This document shows positions 1-10,074 of a stretch of DNA of 64,000 nucleotides, in pieces (position 1 is the stretch's first letter; each line of letters begins with the position of its first letter). Source of the stretch: an uncultured Gammaproteobacteria bacterium (GTDB taxonomy: Bacteria; Pseudomonadota; Gammaproteobacteria; Steroidobacterales; Rariloculaceae); NCBI GenBank assembly GCA_963810755.1, contig CAWEOP010000008.1:484003-548002 (forward strand), read 5' to 3'. The translations under genes and the position numbers were made by a program. Below the pieces are notes generated by a model. It was not told the origin of the DNA. It saw only the letters and a program-made list of their open reading frames with translations, and searched no databases.

Positions 1-845
1 GCTCGCTGCCGTTGGACAGGGAGATGCGCTCCGATCGGTACATGTTCACGAAATTCCGCTTTCTCGCGGCCGCGTCGGCCGAGACCTCCGACGTGCCGAA
101 GCGCGACGGGTCGCGCGTGTTAATGAGAGAAGCTCGAGTCGACACGTTCCGCGAGGCCGGTGGCGTCGCGATCCTCGGCAAGAAATTCCTGCTGTCGTTC
201 GAGGATCGGCGCGCGCCGCGGCTTTTCGAAGCGGCGATGGCTGAGGTTCGCAGCAGAAACGAGTTTCACCGGGGCATCGACTACGTGTTCTATCGGCTCG
301 CGAAAATCCTGGTCATCGACAACTATGCTGCGCTATTCAGGCAGTTCGCGGACCGGATCCAAGACACGGAAGATGTCTTGCTCGAAGGTACGGCCGAGCC
401 GGAGGTCTATCGGGGTGCAGTTCGTCTGCGCCGTGAGCTCAATCCATTCGGAATGAGCTTGCTCTATGTCGACGAGTTCACGCGACTGCTGGTTCGCGAA
501 AAACCGGCCGTGCTCAGCGACGCGAGCTTGACTTTTTTTACCGAGAATCTCGTCGCCGATGCGACGGCGCTCACGCATGAATATTCGATCCTGCGCGGCC
601 GGACTTCCGAGCTGATGCAAATGCACCGCGACAACGCGAACACACAACTCAACAACATCATGCGCACGTTGACGGTGATCTCGACGGTGTTCTTGCCGTT
701 GAGCTTCATCACGTCCTTCTATGGGATGAACTTTCCCAACATGCCCGCAGTGAAGTGGAATGGCAGCTTTCCGATCGTGCTCGGCATCATGGTCGCGATT
801 ACCGGCGGCATCCTGTACTACGCGCGAAAACACAGGTGGCTCTAA
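1..845 (+). CDS. corA: CorA-family Mg2+/Co2+ transporter, probably 5'-truncated by the window edge
   Basis: ORF 12..845 with the frame open back to base 1. C-terminal pair of TM helices carries the CorA signature YGMNF (SFYGMNFPNMP). Confidence 0.8.
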   Translation, partial: SLPLDREMRSDRYMFTKFRFLAAASAETSDVPKRDGSRVLMREARVDTFREAGGVAILGKKFLLSFEDRRAPRLFEAAMAEVRSRNEFHRGIDYVFYRLAKILVIDNYAALFRQFADRIQDTEDVLLEGTAEPEVYRGAVRLRRELNPFGMSLLYVDEFTRLLVREKPAVLSDASLTFFTENLVADATALTHEYSILRGRTSELMQMHRDNANTQLNNIMRTLTVISTVFLPLSFITSFYGMNFPNMPAVKWNGSFPIVLGIMVAITGGILYYARKHRWL

Positions 846-1714
846 TGGATGCGCCGATGAAGGAGTTCGTGATCGACGTCCTGAAGATCGTCGCACCGAT
901 CTCGGTGGCGCTCGTCGTGTTCGCGCAGGCGCTCGGCATCTCGTTGCGCGACGTCGCGAGTTGTTTCAAGGACCGGTTCTGGATGATGTTGCGGTGTCTG
1001 GTCGCTGTGCTCGTGCTGGTTCCAGCCGCCGCGGTGCTGCTGATCAAGATTCTCGCACCCGCGCCGGGCGTCGGTGTCGGATTAGCAATCCTGGCCGCGT
1101 GTCCCCCCGCGCCGCTCATGCTCAAGGCGGCTCCCAAATCCGGCGGAGCCAGCCCGGTGCTCATGGCGAGCTTGCGTCTCACGCTCGCCGCGTTCGCTTT
1201 CCTTACAGTGCCGATCATTCTCGATCTCGTGTCGATACCTCTGGGCTTCCAAGCTGACGTCGGCGTGCCCGGAATGATTTCGATCTTGGCCAAGACCATC
1301 CTGATCCCAATCGCTCTGGGGCTCGCCGTTCGCGCGATGTTTCCGGGTTTTGCCGCCCGGTCCGCCGGCATTCTGGACAAGGTCGGGTCGGTGGGGTTGG
1401 CCCTCGTGTTGCTGTTCGTTCTCGCGGCGTCGTATTCCCCGCTGCTGCAAATGGATGCGTGGTCCTACGCCGTCATCGCGACGCTCGCGGTCGTGGCCTT
1501 GGCCATCGGTCACTCGTTCGGCCCAGCGAATCCCCACGAGAAGACCGCGCTCGCGGTCGAATGTACCGTTCGCCACCCGGCGCTCGCGATTACCATCGCG
1601 GCCGCGAACTTCAGCCCGCAGCAAGCGCTGCCGGTGCTGCTGCCGTGCGTGCTCACGACCATTGTCGTCGCGACGATCTATTTGGCCTGGCGCAGTCGGA
1701 GCCAGCAGGCTTAG
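845..1714 (+). CDS. Polytopic membrane transporter, bile-acid:Na+ symporter (BASS/SBF)-like
   Basis: In-frame ATG at 845 overlaps the corA stop (TAATG). About 290 aa, about 9 hydrophobic helices, Pro/Gly-rich helix breaks. Family assignment is by resemblance only. Confidence 0.5.
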   Translation: MDAPMKEFVIDVLKIVAPISVALVVFAQALGISLRDVASCFKDRFWMMLRCLVAVLVLVPAAAVLLIKILAPAPGVGVGLAILAACPPAPLMLKAAPKSGGASPVLMASLRLTLAAFAFLTVPIILDLVSIPLGFQADVGVPGMISILAKTILIPIALGLAVRAMFPGFAARSAGILDKVGSVGLALVLLFVLAASYSPLLQMDAWSYAVIATLAVVALAIGHSFGPANPHEKTALAVECTVRHPALAITIAAANFSPQQALPVLLPCVLTTIVVATIYLAWRSRSQQA

Positions 1715-3058
1715 AAGCGCGTGGTCGCGACCGCGTAGAAGTAGGTCGGGTCGCCGCCGACCGAGACTCCGGTCTGGTCGGCAAACCGGCCGAAGTTCAG
1801 ATGCGCCATGCCGCCTTCGAGCGTGAGGCGGTCGGGGATCGCGGTCCACGTGACGGATCCTTCGAGCTGCCTCCCGAGCGAGGTCCCTGCGCGACCGGTG
1901 GCGTCGCGGGCGCCGATCCCTACCCAGGCGTCGCGCTCCGCCGCGAGACGAAAGGAGCTGTAGTGCACCATGCTCTGCCAGCGTTTGCCCGGAGTGAACG
2001 TGAGACGCAGCGCTTGCGACTGCAAGTTGCTGCGGTTGAACGGGCCGTAGATGCCCGTGGGGTTGAATTCGAAGCGGCGATCGCCGAACAGTGAGTTGAA
2101 GCGCTCGTTGCCGTCATCGAGCGGGCTGTGGTCGCCGCTCGCGTCGTCGTACTGAAACAGTCAGATTCGGCGCCCAGGCCACGTCGAACTGGTAGCCCAC
2201 CTCGAAGTGCAGCATGTGCGCGCGGTGATCCAAGTCGCGCCGCGGTACGCCCGCGACGATCCCGCCGGCCTCGCCGGTCTGCAGAATCGCTTCCACCTCG
2301 TAGTTCCAGTGCGCGCGCGCGGGCGCGCGGAAGACGCGCGCGCCGACGGACACGATGTCGAACACGGTGGCCGGGTCGTTGGGTGACCCGTGCGCGTCGT
2401 AGTCGAATGCGTAGATCTCCACGACGTCCGAGTGCGGGCCCTTCGGGAACTGGTAGTAACCGCCCCAGAGCGCGCTGTCGCGCAGACCGCGGTCGAGCTC
2501 GAAATCGTCGTCGACTAGGCTCTCGGTGTCGGTCGGGAGGATCCTCATCGGGACCAAGTAGACGACCCGGGCGTTGCGTCCGTCCGCGCCTTTCCACTGC
2601 CAGTCGACGCCTGTGAAGGTGTAGACAGTGTTGCGGAACCGGTTGCGAGAGAGGATGCGGCGCTTGCCAAGATCGAGCGTCAACCGCCCGACGCGCAGCG
2701 TGCTCTCGTTGCCCGACTGCACGGCGTCCTTGAACGTCCATGCGACGTAGGTCTGGATCGGCTCGAGGGTATTGACGAGGAAAGTGCCGACGGAGGAGAG
2801 CTCGTCGTTGAGCTCGCCGCGTGAATCCATGACCTCCGCATACAATTGCAGCTTCTCGAGCTTGTAGTCGAAGAACAAACTCGTTTGCAGCGCGAGCACG
2901 TGATCTTCTCCGCTCAAGCCGCCGCCGAATTGCTCATCGATCGTCTCGAAGCGCGAGCGTTGGACGCCGCTGAACTCGAACCGCTCGCTCTCGGCTCGAG
3001 ACCGTGTCGCGACCAGCAGGGTCGCAAACGCGACGGCCGCGAATAAGGTCCGATACAT
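1711..3058 (-). pseudogene. Alginate-export-type outer-membrane beta-barrel porin, one frameshift near 2155-2170
   Basis: ORF 2114..3091 (signal peptide MYRTLFAAVAFATLLVA, then alternating beta-strand pattern) continues in another frame as ...LFQYDDASGDHSPLDDGNERFNSLFGDRRFEFNPTGIYGPFNRSNLQS... into ORF 1711..2025. That ORF ends in the OMP-typical C-terminal Phe. Confidence 0.7.
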
Positions 3059-3134
3059 CAAGGTGTCGCCTCCAAGATCGACGCGGGACAAAGTGTAGAC
3101 GGATTGCGCGATTTTCGTATGGCATGATGCCGCG

Positions 3135-4973
3135 ATGCAGTTGACCCCGCCCCATTCCGTTTACTCCGGGCCCGCGCCCCAGGACCGCGCGCGGCAGGTG
3201 CTGCGCGAGGTCTTCGGCTACGAGTCGTTCCGCGACCAGCAGCGGGCGATCATCGCTTGCGCCGAGGCCGGCCGGGACACGCTCGTGCTCATGCCGACGG
3301 GCGGCGGCAAGTCGCTTTGCTATCAGATACCCGCGTTGCTGCGCGACGGAGTCGGTATCGTCGTGTCGCCGCTGATCGCGCTGATGGAGGATCAGGTCGG
3401 CGCGTTGCGCGACGCCGGCATCCACGCGGCGTACCTGAACTCCGCGCTCACGCGCGCCGAGCAGCAGCGGGTGATCGCGGATCTCGAGCAGCGGCGCCTG
3501 CAGCTCTTGTACGTCGCGCCCGAGCGGCTCTTGCAGCCGCAGACACAGGAGCTGCTTCGCCGCCAGCGAGTGTCGATCGTGGCAATCGACGAGGCGCACT
3601 GCGTCTCGCAATGGGGCCACGACTTCCGCCAGGACTATCTCGCGCTGAACGAGCTCAGGCGCTGGTTCCCCGGCGTACCCCGGATGGCGCTCACGGCGAC
3701 CGCGACGCCGCCGACGCGCCGCGAGATCATCGAGCGGCTCGAGCTCACGTCGCCGGAAATATTCGTCAGCAGCTTCGACCGGCCGAACATCCGCTATCAC
3801 GTACAAGCCAAGGGCGACGCGCGCCGTCAGCTCGCGCATTTCCTCGGCGCGCATCGCGGTGAGGCGGGCATCGTCTACTGCCTCTCGCGCAAGAAGACGG
3901 AGGCGATCGCCGAGTGGCTCAACGGCGAAGGATTCGACGCGCTGCCGTACCACGCGGGGCTGCCGGCGGAGACTCGAGCGGCGAACCAGCGCCGGTTTCT
4001 CTCCGAGGACGGCGTGATCGTCGTCGCGACGATCGCTTTCGGCATGGGCATCGACAAGCCCGACGTGCGGTTCGTGGCGCATCTCGATCTTCCGAAGAGC
4101 ATCGAGTCGTATTACCAGGAGACGGGGCGAGCGGGGCGCGACGGCGAGCCCGCGGACGCCTGGATGGTCTACGGGCTGCAAGACGTCGTGCAGTTGCGCC
4201 AGCTCGTGGAGCAGTCCGAGGCCGATGAGCAGCACAAGCGCCGCGAGCGCAACAAGCTCGACGCGCTGCTCGGCTGGTGCGAGGCGACGGAGTGCCGCCG
4301 CCGGCCGCTCTTGTCGTACTTCGGCGAAGAGCGCGGCGAGCCGTGCGGCAACTGCGACAACTGCGTCGTGCCGCCGGCGACCTGGGACGGCACCGAAGCC
4401 GCTCGCAAGCTGCTGTCGTGCGTGTATAGAACCGGGCAAACATTCGGCGCGGCGCACGTCGTCGACGTGCTGCTCGGTAACGCAACGGAGAAGGTCACGC
4501 GCAATCGGCACGAGCAGTTGTCGGTGTTCAACATCGGCACGGAGCTCAAGGCGCCGGCTTGGCGCTCGTTGATTCGCCAGGTGATCGTGCAGGGCTTCTT
4601 GCAGGTCGACCACGCGGGCTACGGTGCGCTCAAGCTCACCGAGGCGAGCCGGCCGCTGCTGCGCGGCGAGGGCGTGTTGCGCGTGCGCGAGGACTCGAAG
4701 GAGCCCGCACCGCGCAAGAAGACGCGAGCGCCGGCCGGCGACATCCCGGACCAGGATCGCGATTTGTGGGAAGCGCTGCGTGAGTGCCGACGGCAGCTCG
4801 CGGCCGAGCAGAGCCTCCCTCCCTACGTGATCTTCCACGACGCGACGCTGCGGCAGATGGTGGCCGAGAAGCCGGCGGACCGCGAGGCTCTGCTCAAGAT
4901 CAGCGGCATCGGACAGGCGAAGCTCGAGCGTTACGGCGAGCGTTTCCTGAGCGTGCTGCGCGCGGCCGGGTGA
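3135..4973 (+). CDS. recQ: ATP-dependent DNA helicase RecQ
   Basis: 612 aa. Walker A MPTGGGKS, DEAH box (IDEAHCVSQWGHDFR), Zn-binding Cys cluster (CRRRPLLSYFGE..CGNCDNC), C-terminal HRDC-like region. Confidence 0.95.
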   Translation: MQLTPPHSVYSGPAPQDRARQVLREVFGYESFRDQQRAIIACAEAGRDTLVLMPTGGGKSLCYQIPALLRDGVGIVVSPLIALMEDQVGALRDAGIHAAYLNSALTRAEQQRVIADLEQRRLQLLYVAPERLLQPQTQELLRRQRVSIVAIDEAHCVSQWGHDFRQDYLALNELRRWFPGVPRMALTATATPPTRREIIERLELTSPEIFVSSFDRPNIRYHVQAKGDARRQLAHFLGAHRGEAGIVYCLSRKKTEAIAEWLNGEGFDALPYHAGLPAETRAANQRRFLSEDGVIVVATIAFGMGIDKPDVRFVAHLDLPKSIESYYQETGRAGRDGEPADAWMVYGLQDVVQLRQLVEQSEADEQHKRRERNKLDALLGWCEATECRRRPLLSYFGEERGEPCGNCDNCVVPPATWDGTEAARKLLSCVYRTGQTFGAAHVVDVLLGNATEKVTRNRHEQLSVFNIGTELKAPAWRSLIRQVIVQGFLQVDHAGYGALKLTEASRPLLRGEGVLRVREDSKEPAPRKKTRAPAGDIPDQDRDLWEALRECRRQLAAEQSLPPYVIFHDATLRQMVAEKPADREALLKISGIGQAKLERYGERFLSVLRAAG

Positions 4974-5208
4974 CGCGGTGCTCTTGCAGCGGCCGCGGCC
5001 GCCCGCACGACGCGGCCACCACGGGAGCGCGCCGATCGTGTCCTCGACGGCTCAAGAATGCTCACGGGCGTCGGCGCAGCCGTTGACGCTCGCGCGCGCG
5101 CACCCCTATGCTCCTCGGCCATCGTCGGCAGGGGCAGCGCGCGGACCGACGTTGCCATCACCCTATGCAATGCCCCGCCGGACGGCGCCATCGCCGAGGA
5201 GCTTGTCG

Positions 5209-5955
5209 ATGCACAACCCGAAAATCGTCTCCAAGCTGAGCGGCGCGCTGCTCGGCCTGTGCGTCACCGGTACAGCGCTCGCCGCCGACGCTCCGGACTT
5301 CACCGGTGTGTGGGGAACGTATCGCGAGCCCGGTGCTGCCGCTCCGCGGCGCGGCGCGCCGCAGCCCGCTCTCCCGCTGAAGCCCGAAGCGCAGAAGAAG
5401 GTCGACGCGTACCGCGCGCTCGTCGCGCCGAACCAGGACACGCCCGGCGGTTTCTGTTTGGGCACCGGCATGCCGGGCGACATGCTTGGATCGGGCGGCT
5501 ATCCGATGGAGATCGTCCAGCACAAGGATCTATTGATCATCGTGTTCGAGGCGCACGCGGAGATTCGACGGATCTATCTCGCCGCGCGCGCGAAGGAAGA
5601 GGATCTCTTCCCGGATCGCAACGGCTACTCGATCGGACATTGGGACGGCGACAAGTTGATCGTCGAGACGACTCATCTCAAAGAGGCCGTCGATCAGCAG
5701 CGCTATCCGCACAGCGAGCAGGCGAAGATCGTCGAGGAATACCGTCTCAGCACGAATGACGATGGCAGCAAGGTGCTCACGTCGAACATGACTCTCACGG
5801 ATCCCACTTTCTATACCGAGCCGATCAAGGCCGAGAAGAAGTGGCAGTTCCAGCCCGGAGTACGTTTGTTGCCGTATGAGTGCAACGAGCCTCTGTGGGA
5901 GGAGCATTTGGAGCAGCTGCGCCAGCAGAGCGCGGGGGAAAAGACCGGAGGCTAG
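5209..5955 (+). CDS. Secreted protein, stand-alone copy of the 'G-x-S-I-G-H-W-[DE]-G' domain family
   Basis: ATG at 5209 followed by a signal peptide (LLGLCVTGTALAADA). Shares GYSIGHWDGDKLIVETT and two conserved Cys with the C-terminal halves of 10075..11109, 13881..14885, 16504..17581, 45657..46679 and with 11963..13090. Confidence 0.6.
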   Translation: MHNPKIVSKLSGALLGLCVTGTALAADAPDFTGVWGTYREPGAAAPRRGAPQPALPLKPEAQKKVDAYRALVAPNQDTPGGFCLGTGMPGDMLGSGGYPMEIVQHKDLLIIVFEAHAEIRRIYLAARAKEEDLFPDRNGYSIGHWDGDKLIVETTHLKEAVDQQRYPHSEQAKIVEEYRLSTNDDGSKVLTSNMTLTDPTFYTEPIKAEKKWQFQPGVRLLPYECNEPLWEEHLEQLRQQSAGEKTGG

Positions 5956-6001
5956 CGTGGCGCGCTCGCCTCTTCTGCGGGCCGATCATTCGGAGACCAT
6001 C

Positions 6002-6379
6002 ATGAGCAAGTCGATCATCGCCAAGACGATCATTGGGGCCCTGTCGTCCGTGTTGTGTGCGGCGCCGTTCGCCGCGCAGGCGCATCATTCCGCGGCGCGC
6101 TTCGATCTTGCGATCCGAGACAACTACGTCACCGGCATCGTGAAGGAATTCAAGGCGGCGAACCCGCACACGAAGATCGTGCTCGAAATCACCGACGATA
6201 AGGGCACGCGCGACGTGGAGTTCGAAGGCCACAGTCTCAACAACTACTATCGTGCCGGCTGGCGCGAAGGTCTGATCAAGGTCGGGGACAAGATCACGCT
6301 GCAGTCCGCGCCCACCAAAGACGGTACCGACGGTGGTTATGCGCTCGGCGTGACCGCGGCCGACGGCACGAAGTTCTGA
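6002..6379 (+). CDS. Small secreted DUF6152-like protein (AQA|HHS ... NPH)
   Basis: ATG at 6002, signal peptide ending AAQA, then HHSAARFD and ANPH 27 residues later. 125 aa. Paralog of 25162..25524 and of the N-terminal halves of four fusion genes. Confidence 0.65.
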   Translation: MSKSIIAKTIIGALSSVLCAAPFAAQAHHSAARFDLAIRDNYVTGIVKEFKAANPHTKIVLEITDDKGTRDVEFEGHSLNNYYRAGWREGLIKVGDKITLQSAPTKDGTDGGYALGVTAADGTKF

Positions 6380-6382
6380 GCG

Positions 6383-6754
6383 ATGGATGCTTCCATCAAC
6401 GTGTTCGGGGAGACCCTGCAAGGCTGCAATGACAAGCCGATGGCGGGCTTCTTCCGCGATGGTTGTTGCAACACCAGCGACGACGACTTGGGCTCGCATA
6501 CCGTGTGCGTCGAAGTCACGAAGGACTTCCTCGAATTCTCTCGCTTCCGCGGCAACGATCTGTCGACGCCGCGGCCGGAGTTTTCGTTCGCGGGGCTCAA
6601 GCCCGGCGATCGTTGGTGCCTCTGCGCCGCCCGCTGGCTCGAAGCGCAGCAGCAAGGCATGGCGCCGCGTGTGTTGCTCAAAGGCACGCATTCGCGCGCG
6701 CTCGAGATCGTTCCGCTCGCGCTTCTGAAGAAATTCGCCGTCGATCTGAACTAA
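6383..6754 (+). CDS. DUF2237-family protein
   Basis: 123 aa with the family-typical GFFRDGCCNT..DLGSHTVC...GNDLSTP...GLKPGDRWCLCAARW pattern. Confidence 0.75.
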   Translation: MDASINVFGETLQGCNDKPMAGFFRDGCCNTSDDDLGSHTVCVEVTKDFLEFSRFRGNDLSTPRPEFSFAGLKPGDRWCLCAARWLEAQQQGMAPRVLLKGTHSRALEIVPLALLKKFAVDLN

Positions 6755-6808
6755 CGCGCCGTTCGGCGCACGCTTATCTATCTGCGCGGACGACGAAGCC
6801 GCGCGACA

Positions 6809-8771
6809 GTGGGGGAAAAGCTCGTGAGTCTCCAACAGCGAACCTGGTTGTCGCTCGCGGCCGCTGCTTTCGGCGCCGCGCTCAGCTCCACCGCGCTCGG
6901 TCAGAGCACCCCGGCCGCTGCCGCGCCGCAAGGCGCGCTGGTCGAATGGCCCGTCTACGGCGGCAGCTTGTCGTCGCAGTTCTATTCGCCGCTCGACCAG
7001 ATCGACACGCGCAACGTCAAGGACCTCAAAGTCGCGTGGACCTGGTACGCGGGCAACTTCGGTCCGAATCCCGAGATGAAGAGCGAGACGACGCCGCTGA
7101 TGATCGACGGGGTGCTGTACGCGACCGCGGGCGCGACGCGCAACGTCGCGGCAATCGACGCCGCGAGCGGCGAGACGCTCTGGGTGTGGCGGCCGAACGA
7201 GCCCGATCGTTTCAAGCAGGCGCCGCGCAAGATGGCCGGGCGCGGCGTTTCCTATTGGAGCGACGGCAGCGACGACAAGCGCATCTTCGTCGTGACGCCG
7301 GGCTTCTTCCTGTGGTCGCTCGACGCGAGCACCGGGCTGCCGAAGCGCGAGTTCGGCGAGGCCGGCTTCGTGGACTTGCGGCGCGGACTTGCGCGGGCCG
7401 ATGGACAACGTCGAGGCGGGTTCTTCGTCGCCGTCGCTCGTCGTCGGCGACGTCGTGATCGTCGGTCCCGCGGGCGGCATCGGCGCGCGGCCGAACTCGA
7501 AGACGCAGGTGAAGCTCGACGTGCGCGGCTTCGACGTGCACACGGGCGCGCTGCTGTGGACGTTCCACACGATCCCCGAGAAGGGCGAGTTCGGCTACGA
7601 CACGTGGCTCACGCCGGGCTCGGCGGAGTACACGGGCAACGCGGGGGTTTGGGCGCCGATGGCCGCGGATCCGGAGCTCGGCATCGTGTATCTGCCGGTC
7701 GAGGGTCCGACGAGCGATCTCTACGGCGGCGAGCGGCCCGGCAACAACCTGTTCGGCAACACGCTCGTCGCGCTCGACGCGAAGACGGGCCAGCGCGTCT
7801 GGCATCGCCAGCTGATTCATCACGACATCTGGGACTACGACAACCCGACGTCGCCGATCCTGCTCGACGTGACGGTCGGCGGGAAGCGCGTGAAGGCCGT
7901 CGTGCAGCTCACGAAGCAGGCGTTCGCGTACGCGTTCAACCGCGAGACCGGCGAGCCGCTCTGGCCGATCGAGGAGAGATCGGTGCCGACGTCCGACGTG
8001 CCGGGCGAGTGGACCGCGGCGACGCAGCCGTTCCCGACCAAGCCGAAGGCCTACGACCGCCAGGGCGTGACCGAGGCCGACCTCGTCGACTTCACTCCGG
8101 CGATCAAGGCCGCGGCGCTCGCGGCCGTGAAGGACCTGCAGAATGGGGCCGATGTTCACGACGTCGTCGCTGATCGACGCGCCCGACGGCACGCGCGGCG
8201 CGCTCGTGCTGCCGCATTTCGGCGGCGGCTCGAACTGGGAGGGCGGCGCCGCGGATCCCGAGACGGGCATGCTGTACGTCGCGTCGCAGACGACGATGAA
8301 TGTGTTCGCCGTGAACCTCGCGAACGGCCGTTCCGACATTCGTTATCTATTCGTGAACGGCGACGCGCCGCACCCGCTCGGCCTGCCGCTGATCAAGCCG
8401 CCGTACGGTCGAATCACGGCAATCGACATGAACACCGGCGAGCACCGCTGGATGGTGCCGAACGGCGACACGCCGGACGACATCAAGAACAATGCCGCGC
8501 TGCGCGGCGTGAAACTTGCCGCCGACCGGCAAGCCGAGCAAGGCGCTGTTGCTCGTGACGAAGACGCTGCTGTTCGCGGCTGAGGGCTACGGCGGCGGGC
8601 CGATCCTGCGCGCATACGACAAAGCGAGCGGCAAGGTGGTCGCCGAGCTGCCGCTGCCGTCGACCGCGAGCGGCAAGCCGATGACTTACATGCTCAACGG
8701 GAAGCAGTACATCGTGCTCGCGGTCGGCAAAGAGCACGCCTGCACAGCTCGTCGCGCTCGCGTTGAACTGA
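6809..8771 (+). pseudogene. PQQ-dependent dehydrogenase (glucose/quinate/alcohol dehydrogenase superfamily), about four frameshifts
   Basis: One continuous homologous protein can be read only by switching frames near 7390, 8145, 8514 and 8728. The path is ORFs 6809.., 7389.., 8143.., 8516.., then [14 protein letters not shown] ending at 8771. Propeller motifs are present (YSPLDQI, TPLMIDGVLY, WDYD, GGSNWEGGAADPETGMLYV, ITAIDMNTGEHRW). Confidence 0.8.
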
Positions 8772-8794
8772 ATCGCATCAAACGGGAGTCGATC

Positions 8795-9205
8795 ATGTAC
8801 GCAAGAACTCGTGCTGCTTGGGTGCTGATATCGATCATGGGCGCGCTAGGCACGGCTGCTGCGCAACCGCCGGCGCCGGCCGCGAAGGTCACGCCGCTCG
8901 TGACGAAGCCGCTCGCCGGAATCGACGGCAAGGAAGGCGTGATGCTCACGGTCGAGTATCCGCCAGGTATCGCATCGGCCTCGCACCGCCACAACGCGAA
9001 CACGTTCGTGTACGTGCTCGAAGGCTCGGTCGTGATGCAGGTCGCGGGCGGTCCGGAAATGACGCTGACGGCGGGACAGACGTTCTACGAGTCGCCGTCC
9101 GACATTCACAGCGTCTCGCGCAACGCGAGCGATTCCAAGCCCGCTAAGATCCTCGTGCTGCTCGTGAAGGATATCGGCGCGCCGCCGACCGTTCCGGCCG
9201 GCTGA
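8795..9205 (+). CDS. Secreted cupin-domain protein
   Basis: ATG at 8795, signal peptide, then the cupin motif region [30 protein letters not shown]...[12 protein letters not shown]. Confidence 0.7.
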   Translation: MYARTRAAWVLISIMGALGTAAAQPPAPAAKVTPLVTKPLAGIDGKEGVMLTVEYPPGIASASHRHNANTFVYVLEGSVVMQVAGGPEMTLTAGQTFYESPSDIHSVSRNASDSKPAKILVLLVKDIGAPPTVPAG

Positions 9206-9256
9206 CGACCGTGACTTCACGGGCCGGCTGAGCCTTCTGCCAGACGCGGCCCCAAC

Positions 9257-9601
9257 ATGTACGAGCCGAAGACGCACGCACCGATCCCGCGGCACCGCTT
9301 CGTCAGGCGAGTGCTGCGGCACGCCGTCGCTGCGATCGCGTTGCTGGTGCTGTCGCTCGCGCTCGGTATCGCGGGCTACGAGTACTACGAGCATCTTCCC
9401 TGGCGCGATGCATTCTTGAATGCTGCGATGCTCATGGGCGGAATGGGTCCGGTCGATCCACCGCGAACCGATGGCGGCAAGGTGTTTGCAGGCCTATATG
9501 CGCTGTACGCGGGCCTCGTATTTCTGGTCGCGTCGGGTCTCGTGTTCGCGCCCGTCGTGCACCGCGTGCTGCACCGGTTTCACTGGGAGCAAGAAAGATA
9601 G
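9257..9601 (+). CDS. Small two-TM membrane protein (ion-channel-pore-like), function unknown
   Basis: 114 aa: TM helix, re-entrant-looking MLMGGMGPVDP segment, second TM helix. No confident family assignment. Confidence 0.45.
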   Translation: MYEPKTHAPIPRHRFVRRVLRHAVAAIALLVLSLALGIAGYEYYEHLPWRDAFLNAAMLMGGMGPVDPPRTDGGKVFAGLYALYAGLVFLVASGLVFAPVVHRVLHRFHWEQER

Positions 9602-9629
9602 CCGGCGCTCAGGAGGAGATCTGCTCCGT

Positions 9630-10017
9630 TCATCGCGGAACGCTTACCGTTCGAAGGCAGGCAACGCACCAAGATCCGAAAGCCACGTGCGCCGCCACGG
9701 CCGGCCAGAGGCCGATGCCGGCCATGCTCAGGGCGACCTTGCTGTACGCGAGAACCGCGACGATCAAGACGTTGTAGAGCAACATGGCCGTGACGATGCC
9801 CGCGGCCGGCCGCGCTTCGGCCGTCGTCACGCGCGAGCCAACACGCGAGAGCGATCGACAGCAGCGCCGTTCCGGCAACTTGCGCCACCCGCAATCCCGC
9901 GGGCGTGTCGAGCGCGACGCCGAGCAGCAACGAAACCACGAGCGACGGCGTGGCCATCAAGGCGACGCCGGTTGCCGCTTCGAGCAACGCCGTCACTATC
10001 AGCAAGTTTCTCGTCAA
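9630..10017 (-). pseudogene. Small four-TM membrane protein, one frameshift near 9798-9804
   Basis: ORF 9580..10017 is hydrophobic up to ...ACWLARDDGRSAAGRG. The hydrophobic reading then continues in ORF 9630..9878 (IVTAMLLYNVLIVAVLAYSKVALSMAGIGLWPAVAAHVAF). The junction sits at a short G/C run. Confidence 0.45.
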
Positions 10018-10074
10018 CTTGTTTCGCCTAGAGCACGGGCGTCAGCTGCGAACGAAATGCTCGCGCCGTCGGTG

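Noticed and set aside
2934-4838. 634-aa ORF on the minus strand opposite recQ
   Set aside because: It is the antisense shadow of a clearly real gene in GC-rich DNA. The composition is Arg/Ala/Leu-rich with no recognisable motifs. recQ on the plus strand explains the region.
5825-7570. Long antisense or alternative-frame ORFs. Examples: 5825..7570 (-), 26226..27797 (-), 44459..45949 (-), 52795..54132 (-), 56300..57928 (+), 54705..55772 (-), 48888..50231 (-), and many 100-350-aa ORFs.
   Set aside because: Each overlaps a gene with strong family motifs on the other strand or in another frame. The translations are Arg/Pro/Ala-rich low-information sequence, typical of stop-codon-poor high-GC DNA.
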